A DNA stretch of 63,837 bases, filler included, from Globobulimina sp. (taxonomy: Eukaryota): NCBI GenBank assembly GCA_003354225.1. It is 29 parts of 29 records of this genome, joined end to end, with 100 filler letters (N's around TTAATTAATTAA, not from the genome) between each part and the next. Parts side by side here need not be neighbours in the genome. Positions count along the whole stretch, not along the records: positions 22,058 to 24,162 come from PIVH01008941.1; positions 24,263 to 26,367 come from PIVH01008942.1; positions 26,468 to 28,572 come from PIVH01008943.1; positions 28,673 to 30,777 come from PIVH01008944.1; positions 30,878 to 32,982 come from PIVH01008945.1; positions 33,083 to 35,186 come from PIVH01008946.1; 23 more parts are not named here. One strand, 5' to 3'. The first letter of the stretch is position 1. The number at the start of each line of letters is the position of its first letter. Under the pieces are notes generated by a model, which had not been told where the DNA came from, ran no database searches, and saw nothing but the letters and a program-made list of their open reading frames with translations. Both the position numbers and the translations under genes were made by a program. Shown here one piece after another: positions 22,058 to 33,907 of the stretch.

Positions 22058-22686
22058 GTCAATATATCCACTTTTTGTGGTTTATATTTTTCAGCCTGTT
22101 TACTGTCGGTTGATGCATATAAATAATACGCTGAGTCTGATTTACGTTTTATATGTGTTGGATGTGATTTTTTTGAATCAATTTTATTGTTTTCTAGTTC
22201 TTGAGCATTATCGATGATTAGTTTTATATCTTTGGAGAATCGTTGAATTTCAACGATATGAATATTATTATGTGTTGAATTGGAATATTTTATTTTTAAC
22301 CATTCACCTTCGTCGTCACAAAATATTTTAATTACTTTGCCGATGAACCATTTATTACTTTTTTTTGAATATATTTTACAGTCTGAACCTTGTTTTATTA
22401 ATAATGGGTTATCAGTGGATATTGGTCGAATATCGGAGCAATTGCGTTGCATTTTTTTACTGCGATTAAAATGATTTAATTTTCCATATTTGACCATTAA
22501 CCATTCTGCTCCTTTTTTGCCATTTATTGCTTTGATTTGCCCATTAAACCATTTCTTTTGAGATCGAGAGTAAATTGAACAGTATGAACCGACGCACCAA
22601 GATGTTCTACAGTTAGTGTCTGATGTAAAAAAAATAGATAAATGCTTGTGAATGTGATGAAATTGATATGGTTCTTGCATGATCAC
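22058..22686 (-). CDS. Protein with two tandem Tudor/Agenet-like beta-barrel repeats
   Basis: Repeated GS.C.IYS....KWF.G....I.......EWL..KY.......QR...DI. Confidence 0.65.
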
Positions 22687-22885
22687 AAACCTTTGGTCAT
22701 TATCATTAGTTTTTTGTTACAGTTTTTTAACTAAGCTTAAAAACAAAACAGCTTTGAGTTGATAAATAATATTTTAATATAAAAACTACAATCAATCAAG
22801 AAAATATATATATAAAAAAGCACATCAATCCTGGAAAATATTGGATGATATGCTTAGGGTACGTTTTTTTAATTTTTTTAAATAA

Positions 22886-24004
22886 TTATTTTAATTGTAT
22901 AACTGTTAAATGTTCTGGCGTTTCAGCTGATATTTGAATACTTAGTGGTACTTTCTTCTCTATAACTTCTTCATGTGTATTAAATTCAATTTTCTTTTTT
23001 GATAATAAATAAATACTCCACACATCCATTATAGCATCAAATATTGCCGTAAATATCAATACTTGCTGAATAATAGCACATATCGCTTGTGTACTATTCT
23101 CATATTGTGACAATATAAAAATGTTTTTATCAAATTCAAATAAATATAACAAATTCTGAAACGGTAATAACAACGTAAAAACGCCAATATGTGACAATAA
23201 TTGTATGTCATATATATCACAAATAGCTAAACAAATGGGTCCGATACCAAATATTAGATAATAATACAAATAAAACGAAATAAACATTACAATCAAACGA
23301 TTATATACCCACAATATAGGACGACTTATAAACAAAAACGTATTGATAAATAACGTTTTACCATTTCCTTGACAAAACAATAGAAATTGATCGATATTTA
23401 AAATTGAATTGAGCATAACTGTGGTGATCATTATTTCCGATGTTATTACAGATAATATGCATAATATATACATAGTTATTAATGCTAAATCACACAGTAA
23501 AGAATATGTATTTTCATCAAAAATTCTTTCTCGAATATCAAACATTAAACGAGCAAATAATATCATTGCAACCGCTATCTTGCACACAAATGGTATATAA
23601 AAAGATGCATTTTTCATAGATTCCTTTCTAGTCTGTGATAATGTGTATTTTTCAATAATGTAACCAAACAACCAGGTCCATACACACATAATACATGGAA
23701 TGGCTATGATTGAATACCATTCCGTATCAATCACATTCTCATTCTTTCTCAGTCTCAGAATTATCACATAAACTAATCCGATCATCCAAACCAAACAGAA
23801 ACCAGTTAAATCGTTTTCGGTGTTAACTATCTCCATTATAATATTATCATATGTTTGTCGCTGAACATGCGGCGGCATAAATGATGATTGAGATAATGAG
23901 CCTATTGACGTTACACTGCAGCTGTCTCGAGTTAAACTATCGACTCGATTCAAATGATCGATTACATCTTGACGCAGTTTAACATTTCTTTCTGGTGGAT
24001 TCAT
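22886..24004 (-). CDS. Multi-pass membrane protein, function unknown
   Basis: 372-aa complete ORF with about 7-8 hydrophobic segments. Confidence 0.7.
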   Translation of the reverse strand: MNPPERNVKLRQDVIDHLNRVDSLTRDSCSVTSIGSLSQSSFMPPHVQRQTYDNIIMEIVNTENDLTGFCLVWMIGLVYVIILRLRKNENVIDTEWYSIIAIPCIMCVWTWLFGYIIEKYTLSQTRKESMKNASFYIPFVCKIAVAMILFARLMFDIRERIFDENTYSLLCDLALITMYILCILSVITSEIMITTVMLNSILNIDQFLLFCQGNGKTLFINTFLFISRPILWVYNRLIVMFISFYLYYYLIFGIGPICLAICDIYDIQLLSHIGVFTLLLPFQNLLYLFEFDKNIFILSQYENSTQAICAIIQQVLIFTAIFDAIMDVWSIYLLSKKKIEFNTHEEVIEKKVPLSIQISAETPEHLTVIQLK

Positions 24005-24262
24005 AATGAAAATGTGTATGGAATGTAATAAATATTAATATTACTTGTCTGTAATCTGTATTGGAATAAAATATTGACAAAAAAGTGAAAAGAGTGCAAG
24101 TTTAAATTTTTTGGTGTCAGAAACATATGATATTTTTCTGACACTGAAAAATTGAAAAAAACNNNNNNNNNNNNNNNNNNNNNNNNNNNNNNNNNNNNNN
24201 NNNNNNTTAATTAATTAANNNNNNNNNNNNNNNNNNNNNNNNNNNNNNNNNNNNNNNNNNNN

Positions 24263-25120
24263 GTATGGCCTTCCGCCATGTTTTAGTATGCTCGGAGCCA
24301 CCAAAGGCTTCTTATATGCATTTTTTTTACGTCGTGCTAAAAAGGCATTGAGAGTAAAATACATAAAAAATTATTATTTGACTGGATCGGTCCTCTCTAT
24401 ATATTTATTTATTGGGTAATATATGTGATAGCGTCGTATGCCGTGTTTACGGGCGAACCGGTTGCAAAGAGCACAAATGGATTTGTATCGAGATGTACGG
24501 TGGATTCGCGGACGTGGTGGTTCGTTGTATTGGCAGAGTTTGTTGATTTTTTTAATAGCATTGCAACATTGGTGCTATTTTTGCTTCCAATAATATCCGT
24601 TCGTAAATTAGCAACAGATGATACTGTCAATAATCGCTTATTACCAAAATTTATTACTTGCATGAAATGGAATGTTGTTTTATCATTTATTGCAACGATA
24701 TCTTCTGTTAAGATCTTATAATTTGCTGTCTGAATATGCGCTTTTTTACATATTCAATTCAGAGCATGTTACATCTGAGAATATTTATTTTTTATTGTAT
24801 AGGTAATCAATTTAATCGCAATACCGCTCGTCGGGGGATATATTTGGTTGTTTTGTGGTGGAGACCCTTTTGTTAATTCAGTTTGCGTATTTTTGATGAT
24901 GGCGACAAACAGAAAATTTATAAAAGACAAATGCGGCATTTTTCAGAGTCCCCATTCAGTTGAAAGTGAATTAGAATTACAGTCAAAAAGCACAAAAACA
25001 AAAGCCGTCTCTTATGATATGGATGGCATTGATATTGTTCCCGACATTGCAAGTTTAGGAAAATGTACATCTGCATCTGACCCAGGGGTTGTATCTGAAT
25101 TTAGTAGATCTTGTGATTAG
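24263..25120 (+). CDS. Orphan 7TM (GPCR-like) protein, partial, with an apparent frameshift near 24365
   Basis: TM segments, extracellular Cys, intron at about 24708-24802, final TM ...DPFVNSVCVFLMM. Confidence 0.6.
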
Positions 25121-26467
25121 AATTTAAGAATCTAAAAATTCAACGATTTGTCACATTGTCATTACCATATCATTCCCATTCCTATTCCCACTGTTTAATT
25201 ATATGAATCACTGCCAATTACGGCCGGCAAAACTTTTTTGTTTACATTTGACGTATTGTCGTGTTGCCAGGTTCTGATTATAAAATATTGGTTGGTTTTG
25301 ATTATATGACGTACGCATCGTTGAAATGCGGATGCAAAGCTGTCCGCTCTTATATATTAATAATATTATATATAATTATGTAAAAACTTCTATCTTTTTT
25401 TTGTTCTTTTTTTTGTTCTTTTTTCGTTTATTACGTACAATACTATTTTTATACATTATCGTAAAATTACTCAATTAAATACGATATGTAGGTTTGTTTG
25501 TAGTCACATTCTTGGTTTGGGCAATATGTAAGTTTGTCTGACGCTGAAAACCGGATGCTCTTCAAATTGACAGAAGTAAACTAACTGCGAAGGTAAACTT
25601 CACCCAAAAACTGCGAAAGGTAAATATGATGATAGAACAACATCCATTTACATCCTGAGTGTGATATATATATATATGTTTATGTTTTGGTTAGTCATGT
25701 TTAATTTGACTAAAAAACATTTATTTCAACAAAAACATGGGCGCCTGCCTACACGTGGAAACAACACAACAAACCATTCATCAAAACCCGTTTGTTGCAT
25801 TGCACACGCCTCAAAGTTCCCAATCACTGTACCAACTCAACGATCTACGATCGTTGGAAGGAGGTTTGATGCTATATAATTATTGCTATTGTTATATTTT
25901 TACAACATAAACACCCATTAGTGGCCCGCTTATGGTCTCGCAAAATGCACAACAAACAAAAAGGTGTATTAAACCTACAAAATGCAACATCAGTGCGAGT
26001 ACAAGGAAATCGGCAACCTTGTCATCAACGCCATCCATTTGCGCCAATTTGCATTTCGACCTATTATTTTGTTCACGCTCCAAGTGCTCAAAAACAACCT
26101 AATTTATTGCACTCTCATTCGGCGCCACCGCGCCTTCATAGCATCCTAAACGAGCAAAACCTGGCAACTCAAAATAATCTAAGCCTCGCTCAAAACTACG
26201 ATAACGACCAATCCATTGTGATCGAAATGGATTTGCCAGAAACAGACAGGAAATTTTCGTTGTTGAGTCCAAGTTAAGTCGCAAACTGCAACGTGTGTGT
26301 ACTGTGTACCTTTTATATGTTTCTGAAACTTTTATATGTTCAGTTTCATCATTGGTGTCCTCCCCAANNNNNNNNNNNNNNNNNNNNNNNNNNNNNNNNN
26401 NNNNNNNNNNNTTAATTAATTAANNNNNNNNNNNNNNNNNNNNNNNNNNNNNNNNNNNNNNNNNNNN

Positions 26468-27535
26468 ATTCATGATTTGTTTCATATTGTCATTGATGAG
26501 ATACATTGAATGAATATCAATGGTTCTATTAATCAATAAATATAATTGTAATTTTTCCGGATAATCAATTTGCAGACATTCGCTGCAGAAATTGAAAATA
26601 TTATAGTTAATCGAGGGATTACTCCGATTTCTAAACGCTTTATGCACGCAATAAATTTCCCATATTCTCCGCCGTGCATCGACATTCCATTCCTGTTTAC
26701 AAAATAATTCAAAAGAGACAGAAAATGAATCAAATATAGGTTGATAGTATTTGAATTTATATATTATATCCGATAATAATTTTAATTGATCGTTTGCTAA
26801 ACCGGTTCGTCGCTGCAATTCTTTCAAAATGCCATCAAATTGTTCCTCGTCATTAATATTGAACGACTTCACGCCTTTAATTATTTTTTCTAATATTTGA
26901 GATAATTTTGGATAAAATTGCAAGTATGTAATATCGACAATGTTTGATAGTTTTAATGTTGGTGAACGTTTATTTTTTCTCTGTGTTAAAGCTAACAAAT
27001 CAAATAAATCGCATTTTTGTGCCTGCAGTATTTTATACATTGAATTATTAATAGTATAAAATTTTTTATATCGCATAAATTTATCTTCTCCAGACATTGT
27101 TGGGTCTGTTGGAAACTGCATAATTTGCCTATGTTGATCAAAATCGTTTTTATCTTCGGCTTCATCATTCGACTGAATCATTCCTCTGATTTTGAGATTG
27201 TGCGGTATCTCTCTGAAATAATCATCATTTTTTAGCATTTTACCGATTCGTTTTGCATTCTCACAGTGTTGCATTTGATAATAATATGCTGCACATAAAA
27301 TCGGCATATTTTTGGCTGTTTTTGGATTGATTGTTTTTTTGGTTTTTATTGCTCTCAATCCACCGCTCATTGGTTCGACATTGCCTTCAACAAAATCTAT
27401 GATTTGTTGCGCAGCTTCAACTGGGGATATGCCACCGTTTAAGCGATCGACTTCAGTTTCTAATGTACGTTGTTCTTCTAATGCTTTTCGTAAATACTGC
27501 TTTACATTCCCTTGTCTCCGCCTTCTTGACGACAT
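26468..27535 (-). CDS. ORF with an N-terminal G-protein gamma (GGL)-like segment joined to an unrelated region
   Basis: LEEQRTLETEVDRLNGGISPVEAAQQIIDFVEGNVEPM is a G-gamma pattern. There is no CaaX; the frame continues for about 300 aa. Confidence 0.55.
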
Positions 27536-27748
27536 TATCGATTACTCCAATAGATTAATAAAACCTTGCTAAACTGATCCGTATATTCGTTTTTTAGGAG
27601 GGTCTATCCTTGCACTCAGAAGAGAAATCTGTTCGCGTCATCGCGTGCCATTTAATCAGGAAACGTCTGGATTGAAAACATTAAATTTCAAAAAAAGAAC
27701 GATGTGCTACAATTGATAAGAACCAAAAAAACAACAACCAAGCATTGA

Positions 27749-28569
27749 CTATTCAATATAAACTCTTTTAACATCGGCAAATGGCTGGTGACACGCAGGA
27801 CAGACTCCAGATCCAGGGCCCGATGCAGAGAGTACATCTTTGGCGCAATCCCCACAAACCACCACATGCATACATGGGAACACACAGAATTGCTTTGCAT
27901 TCTCCTTACATAAAATACACATTTTGCCACCAGTATCGTCTTTTCTTTTTTTCAAATCGTCAAGATCATTGATGGTAAAATCTAATTTACTTAATGCGGT
28001 CTCAAATGTTTTCTCATCGATATCTTCCACATTTCTATATTTGTCAATTGCAATCGCTTCATCCTCTGTTAATCCTTCGTCTGCGGTTATGCCACGTAAA
28101 TATTCCACACATTTCTCCAATTTGGTCACGGCTTGGCGTTCAGTCAATTCTTGCTCCAATTGATTTATTTTAAATTGTTCCTGTTGGATCTATGCATATT
28201 CCATATGTGTAAAACTATGGTTTGAATATATAGAACATAGAAACACTAAACTTGCTGATTATATTTTTTTAATTCTTCAATTGCTTTTTCTTGCTCTGGC
28301 GATAATTGCACCTCTTTGGTTGATTCTGCTTTCGCTTTTTCATACCTTTTCTTTTTGTCTTCTGCTGACAGGAATATATAATCCGTAATTAATTGCAAGT
28401 TTTCGGTTGTTCCGGTGACTAAGGCTGCTTCCAAAGCGTCTTCGTTGTTAAATCCCATACTTCCTGCGAGCGCTAATACGTTTTGAAAGGGGGTTAAATC
28501 GATCGGATCTCCTCCGTTAAAATCAGCTTCCAATTTACTTAGTTTTTTAGTGCTTCCTGTCGACGTCAT
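27749..28569 (-). CDS. UBA - coiled coil - C3HC4 RING E3 ubiquitin ligase, two exons
   Basis: SMGF...ALEAAL..T...L..ITDYI (UBA); intron 28190-28251; CILC......FPCMHVVVCGDCA......CPAC...V.RVY. Confidence 0.85.
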
Positions 28570-29043
28570 TGTNNNNNNNNNNNNNNNNNNNNNNNNNNNN
28601 NNNNNNNNNNNNNNNNTTAATTAATTAANNNNNNNNNNNNNNNNNNNNNNNNNNNNNNNNNNNNNNNNNNNNTTTCACTGTCTAGATGACGCAAATATTA
28701 TGTCCCATAAATTGTTCAATGATATAAGAAAGCACTACTTATATGTTTTTAATTACATGATAACGTCATAATAATATAAGTTATAGTTATCACATATCTC
28801 TCTCTCTCTCGTAGTACAATATTCCATATTTTGCATGATATCTTTGTATGTTATTTGAAATTATGGTATACACAAAAGGCCACGAAACGAGGGATTATTT
28901 ATGGAAACACACTTATAGACAGAGCCTCTAAAAGTCCATTTTACCACGTATCAAAAATGATTTTCTGCTAAATGTTCATTTACTAAGTCAACCTAGGGTT
29001 TATGTGTTCTATTGAAACAGCACAAGATCACTACATGATGTAG

Positions 29044-30207
29044 TCATTGTGATGATGTAGTCATTCTCTGCTGATTTATAAGATTTGGTCCATAATATTT
29101 CAATCCTTCAATCACACCCAACGTATTTGGCTGATCCGTTTTGAAAATATTACCATTTTTACACCTCTCTTGATAAAACTCTATCAATTCATGACTAGCA
29201 TTTGCAACAACAACACTATTGACATTATCAATTTGCATCATTGAAATATCATTTCCCGAATCTCCAACACAAATAATACTGCCTTCATTCAAATGCAATC
29301 TCTCTCTTAAAAATTCAATCGCCGATCCTTTCCCTGCAATAATTGGTGTGGCTGAACTCCAATACGCATTTTCCTGACATCTTTCGGATGATATAAATGT
29401 ATGAACTTTAATTGGAATGAATCCATTTTTACACTTATTTTCAAAATTAAATTCATCAACGCTGCGTGTCATATATTCCTCAATCTCTTTGGCCAATGCA
29501 TATCCTTTACAAAGTACGCCAATACGAAACTGTTCAATAGATTTAGATGCTGTGGGCAACGGCAATAAATCATATTTCTCATATAATACATCATGTATTT
29601 CTTGAGCAAATTGCTGATTCCAACAGTTTTCTAACTTATGTTGCCAGGATAAATCATAATGTATAAAATTATCATTTTCCAACTCATCAATTTCGGAAAA
29701 ACACAATTTCTCCGCGGGGTTAGAGTTAGATTGCACTTTTTGGAATAAGTACTTATTGAACCAATGAATATTAACACCATCCTGAGATATTAAGATATCT
29801 GGTTTAAGAATATCCCATTCTTCGACAGCTAATTGATATTTTTCAAAATTTCGACCTATTATTGATTTTTGTAGAAATATCACATGAAACAAACTAAATT
29901 ATTAATAATAACCTGTGGCATATACTAATATACAATTGTTTGTGGCATATTCTTTGCACCATATATCATTAAATTGCTACATGTTTTAAAAAACAAATAT
30001 ATTTCCAGATATAACACAATTTGGTAACAGGTAACTTACTTTTATGAGTTGATTGCATTCTTCATGTGTTAGATTGGAATGTTTACCAATCAAAGTATGA
30101 TCCAGATCCGTTATTAATACAAACGTTGGTGGTAATTTAAGCGTCAATTGTCTTGCTGTATTTAATTGCATTAACCTGTTAATACCATATTTTGTTTTGT
30201 TGAGCAT
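29044..30207 (-). CDS. Sucrose-phosphate-phosphatase-like HAD IIB phosphatase, three exons
   Basis: ITDLDHTLI (motif I); introns 29977-30039 and 29856-29912 restore FNDIW...LVYATGR; PDILI...G; GKGSAIEFL; GDSGNDISM; VVVANA..EL. Confidence 0.85.
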
Positions 30208-30361
30208 TTTTTTCGATCGGATTTTATCTAAACTCAACTCACTACACTACTGAAGTGAAAATGTGTCGACGTAAATTATAAAACAAACAACTAATCGATC
30301 CTATATATGATCTACAGCATGGAGCTACAAATTGCATCACAGCTTATCAAGTCTTAGTCAT

Positions 30362-30777
30362 TCAAGTATCAACATCCAATTGCGGCGGTATGGCAAAAGG
30401 TGATGGGTTTGGCTGGTAATTATGGACAATCGTATCCTGTTTAATGCCAAACAACTTATGATCTAATCTGATCTCCCGATAATACTCCAATCCGTCATTC
30501 CCTTTCGCCGTAATCTTGTGCCAAATCAATATATTCAACTCGTCCGTGTCATCCTTCTCAATCACTAAAAAATGATCATAATTGTTATTCTTATCAAAGT
30601 ACGCATCGATGGTGATTTTTTTCTTCTTATTTCTCTTTTCATCCTCATCACTCTCACTCAAATATTCCTTTTTCTCCTCCTCCTCATTGTCCACCACATT
30701 CGGCTGATTCCTCATCGATTTCTGGCTCAATTTTTGTTCATTTTTCTTATGGTCCTTTTCGAACTTTTCTTGACATT
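30362..30777 (-). CDS. Charged low-complexity protein fragment
   Basis: Frame open from the contig end; E/K-rich. Confidence 0.4.
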
Positions 30778-30877
30778 NNNNNNNNNNNNNNNNNNNNNNN
30801 NNNNNNNNNNNNNNNNNNNNNTTAATTAATTAANNNNNNNNNNNNNNNNNNNNNNNNNNNNNNNNNNNNNNNNNNNN

Positions 30878-32941
30878 GGACCAATCGATGGTTTTGAAGA
30901 CGGAGACAGACAAATCCAATGTGTTGGGTGTAATTTTGCAAATAATTTTGCGTTTTCGTCAGCAACGTGTCTGAATGTATTAGCTGGTGACTCGGAGTTG
31001 TCGTGTTCAGATTGTGTATTTTCATCAAATATTGCGCGATGCGTTGGTGCTGTTGTTTATTCCGTTGGTGGTTCTTTAGACTTAACTGGATGTACAATAA
31101 ATGATAATCACTCTCCAGCCGGTGGCAATATATTCGTTGACGCGTCGTCGTTATTTATGCGTGATTCTGCATTTAATAGAAATACAGCAGTTCATAACGG
31201 TGGGTCGGCAGTGACAATATCCAACTTTCATAAACTGGTAGTAAATAAATTAAACACCACCAGATATGACGATTTAATTGAAATAAATGGCTGTTCGTTT
31301 AGAAACCATTCAGGTAAAACCGCAGGAACTATTTATTTACCAATTACAGATAGTTTATATTCGTCGATTGCAAGCAGGCGATTATCAAATGCAGCAAATA
31401 TAAATAATGGAAGAAGATTGTTGCACACGGATACGAATAACGGACGAATATTATTACAGACCGCTGCTCGAGATATTGTCCATATTGATACAGATTTACT
31501 AAACATAGTATCTTGTGATGGTTTAGAGGTTATTTTTTATCCAGATTTCCATGCAGAAGATATATCTTTTACGCTACAATTCGATGAGGATAGCAATGAT
31601 ACAGTTAGTATAAATTCTACCTATGGCTGTATTTCAAATATTCCATTCACGGTTGACTGCATTACAGTGACTATATTGGATTATTATGGAGATGGATTAA
31701 ATTACGGTGATCCGGACGGTATATATACAGTCTCTTGGAATGGCACAGAATGGGACTCCCCATCATTAGGTAATTATGGTGCATCTGAATCGTTAACAAT
31801 TTGTCCAAAACAATATACAGAAACTGCAACTTTGACGGTGTTTGTAGAGATAGAGAGTGCGGATTCATTACAATTTTTGGAGTTTTTAGACGATGACCTT
31901 ATTGCACTATTTGATGATACCATTAGTTATAATGTTGTGTTTAACATTGAAGATGAAAGCATTGCGGATAATGCAACCTGTGTGGATTGCCAGTATGGAT
32001 ATTGTGTCTGTGACGTCTCTGTAAATATAACAATGCAAAATATAATTGCTGCGTTATGTTATTCTACGCGACGGGATGTGTATAATTATACATGGGAAGA
32101 ATTCTGGGCTGACGATATCGATTTTGATGACACCAGCATTGATGATTTATGTTTAAGTGGCGTAGAAACATTATTAGATAGTAATTATGCCACGTTACAA
32201 ACATTTACAGCTTCCGGATCATTTCCAGCGTTTTATATAGATTCTCAATCAACGGATATAATCGACGTTACTTCATATTTAAGTGCTATGTCGATGAGTA
32301 CTATGTCTTCCGATTGTGATTTACATAATATATTATACGATATCATCCATCCGATTTGTGCTTCGTTGGAAACAAATGGTGTTTCGCCGTTGCTGTGTCA
32401 AGCAAATCCGAGCAATTGTTATACTTCATATTGTAACACTACATCAGCATTATTAAGCATTGTTGGCGATACAAGCAACGGATATCAATCGTTGCACTAT
32501 GAACCATACAGCTTTGATGGCATTGTAGGCTCACCGCTGTTAAACATAAAACATACCAAATCCAATGTGTATGGTATTGAGGAATATGAAGACCAGGCAA
32601 CATTGGGATGTTTCAGTGCCACTCAATTATTTAATATAGATTTGATTAAAAATACGATTCCTGTGCTGGCAGTGAACTTGGATGCATGTGATTATATTGA
32701 TGTGATTACAAAATTCCAAGAGTATGGTGCTCGCGCAGTAGTATTAGTTACTGATATTTATGAAACTAGAAGGCATACCACACCATCACCGACGAGGGGA
32801 AATCGAGGAGAAGCATTTAATTATGATCATTGGTTACCATTTGATTGTTTATTAACTTTCAATTCACAATTTACAAATTATTCCGCTCAATTCCAAGCTG
32901 ACAAATCGCAAATTGATGCTCAACCATATACACAAACTTGA
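30878..32941 (+). CDS. Large extracellular protein fragment (beta-helix-like repeats, acidic domains, PA-like domain)
   Basis: F.xN.A...G.A.. repeats, RRL(L) motifs, TILDYYGDGL..G.YTVSWNG, C.Y......QEYGARAVVLV. Confidence 0.65.
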   Translation, partial: GPIDGFEDGDRQIQCVGCNFANNFAFSSATCLNVLAGDSELSCSDCVFSSNIARCVGAVVYSVGGSLDLTGCTINDNHSPAGGNIFVDASSLFMRDSAFNRNTAVHNGGSAVTISNFHKLVVNKLNTTRYDDLIEINGCSFRNHSGKTAGTIYLPITDSLYSSIASRRLSNAANINNGRRLLHTDTNNGRILLQTAARDIVHIDTDLLNIVSCDGLEVIFYPDFHAEDISFTLQFDEDSNDTVSINSTYGCISNIPFTVDCITVTILDYYGDGLNYGDPDGIYTVSWNGTEWDSPSLGNYGASESLTICPKQYTETATLTVFVEIESADSLQFLEFLDDDLIALFDDTISYNVVFNIEDESIADNATCVDCQYGYCVCDVSVNITMQNIIAALCYSTRRDVYNYTWEEFWADDIDFDDTSIDDLCLSGVETLLDSNYATLQTFTASGSFPAFYIDSQSTDIIDVTSYLSAMSMSTMSSDCDLHNILYDIIHPICASLETNGVSPLLCQANPSNCYTSYCNTTSALLSIVGDTSNGYQSLHYEPYSFDGIVGSPLLNIKHTKSNVYGIEEYEDQATLGCFSATQLFNIDLIKNTIPVLAVNLDACDYIDVITKFQEYGARAVVLVTDIYETRRHTTPSPTRGNRGEAFNYDHWLPFDCLLTFNSQFTNYSAQFQADKSQIDAQPYTQT

Positions 32942-33341
32942 TTTTACTCATGAAAAGCCGGAGCCAGGGCCACCCCGAAGAANNNNNNNNNNNNNNNNNN
33001 NNNNNNNNNNNNNNNNNNNNNNNNNNTTAATTAATTAANNNNNNNNNNNNNNNNNNNNNNNNNNNNNNNNNNNNNNNNNNNNTTGGAAAAGAAGTAAACA
33101 GAGAATCAGCTGTGAATCCATGGACAAATATTGATGAATGGGATGCGTTGTCGTCCAAATCATTGACAGAATATCCCATCAATGAGATTGTTAATAAAGG
33201 ATTAATTATCAAACTTAAAAATAGATATACGCATAAAATAAATAACAATAAGTTAACCTGTCAATATATTAACAATTTGGAAACTGAGGAAAAACATATT
33301 GATGTATTAAAATGTCCAATATATAAATCGGTGAATTTTGT

Positions 33342-33479
33342 TCCAAGAAATAATCAAAGACCTAATATTTTCTTGGATTGTCCAAGAAATAAACTTTATA
33401 TTTAATATTTTTTTGATTATTTCTTGGACGCTCCAAGAAAATATTGGATCTTTGATTATTTCTTGGATGTTCCAAGAAA
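33342..33479. repeat. Palindromic array of alternating TCCAAGAAA / TTTCTTGGA units
   Basis: Seven units. 33342-33377 is a near-perfect reverse complement of 33432-33467. Confidence 0.85.
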
Positions 33480-33840
33480 AGTAAGTATACCGGTCAAAAC
33501 AAAACACATTATAAAACAATACAAAACATGATAAAACAGTGATAAAACAGTTTAAAAAACAATACAAAACATATTATAAAACATAATAAAACACATTCTA
33601 AAACAACATAAAACAATTGTAAAACACACAAAATAATTTATAAAACACAATAAAACAATTTCTGAAACAAAGTAAAACATTTAACAAAACACAACAAAAC
33701 AATTGATAAAACATAATAAAACAAATGAAAAACAACATAAAACAGTGGCAAAACAAACAATAAATTAGAAAACACCAAAAAAACTGTTACAACTTAAGTC
33801 AAGATAACTGAAGTACAGATAATGACACGAAGAGACCATG

Positions 33841-33907
33841 GTCCACGTAGCTCAATTGGTAGAGCATTGCTTAACCAAAGATGCAGGTTCGACTCCTGCC
33901 GTGGTCA
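33841..33907 (+). tRNA. tRNA-like (Lys-like) pseudogene or SINE head with a shortened anticodon arm
   Basis: A box TAGCTCAATTGG, D stem GCTC/GAGC, T arm GCAGG TTCGACT CCTGC, acceptor GTCCACG/CGTGGTC. Only 17 nt between the D and T arms (TTG CTTAAC CAA). Confidence 0.8.

Noticed and set aside
33841-33907. Ochre suppressor tRNA (TTA in the loop)
   Set aside because: The loop is 6 nt on a 3-bp stem and TTA cannot be placed at positions 34-36 after a U33. It is not a credible decoding tRNA.
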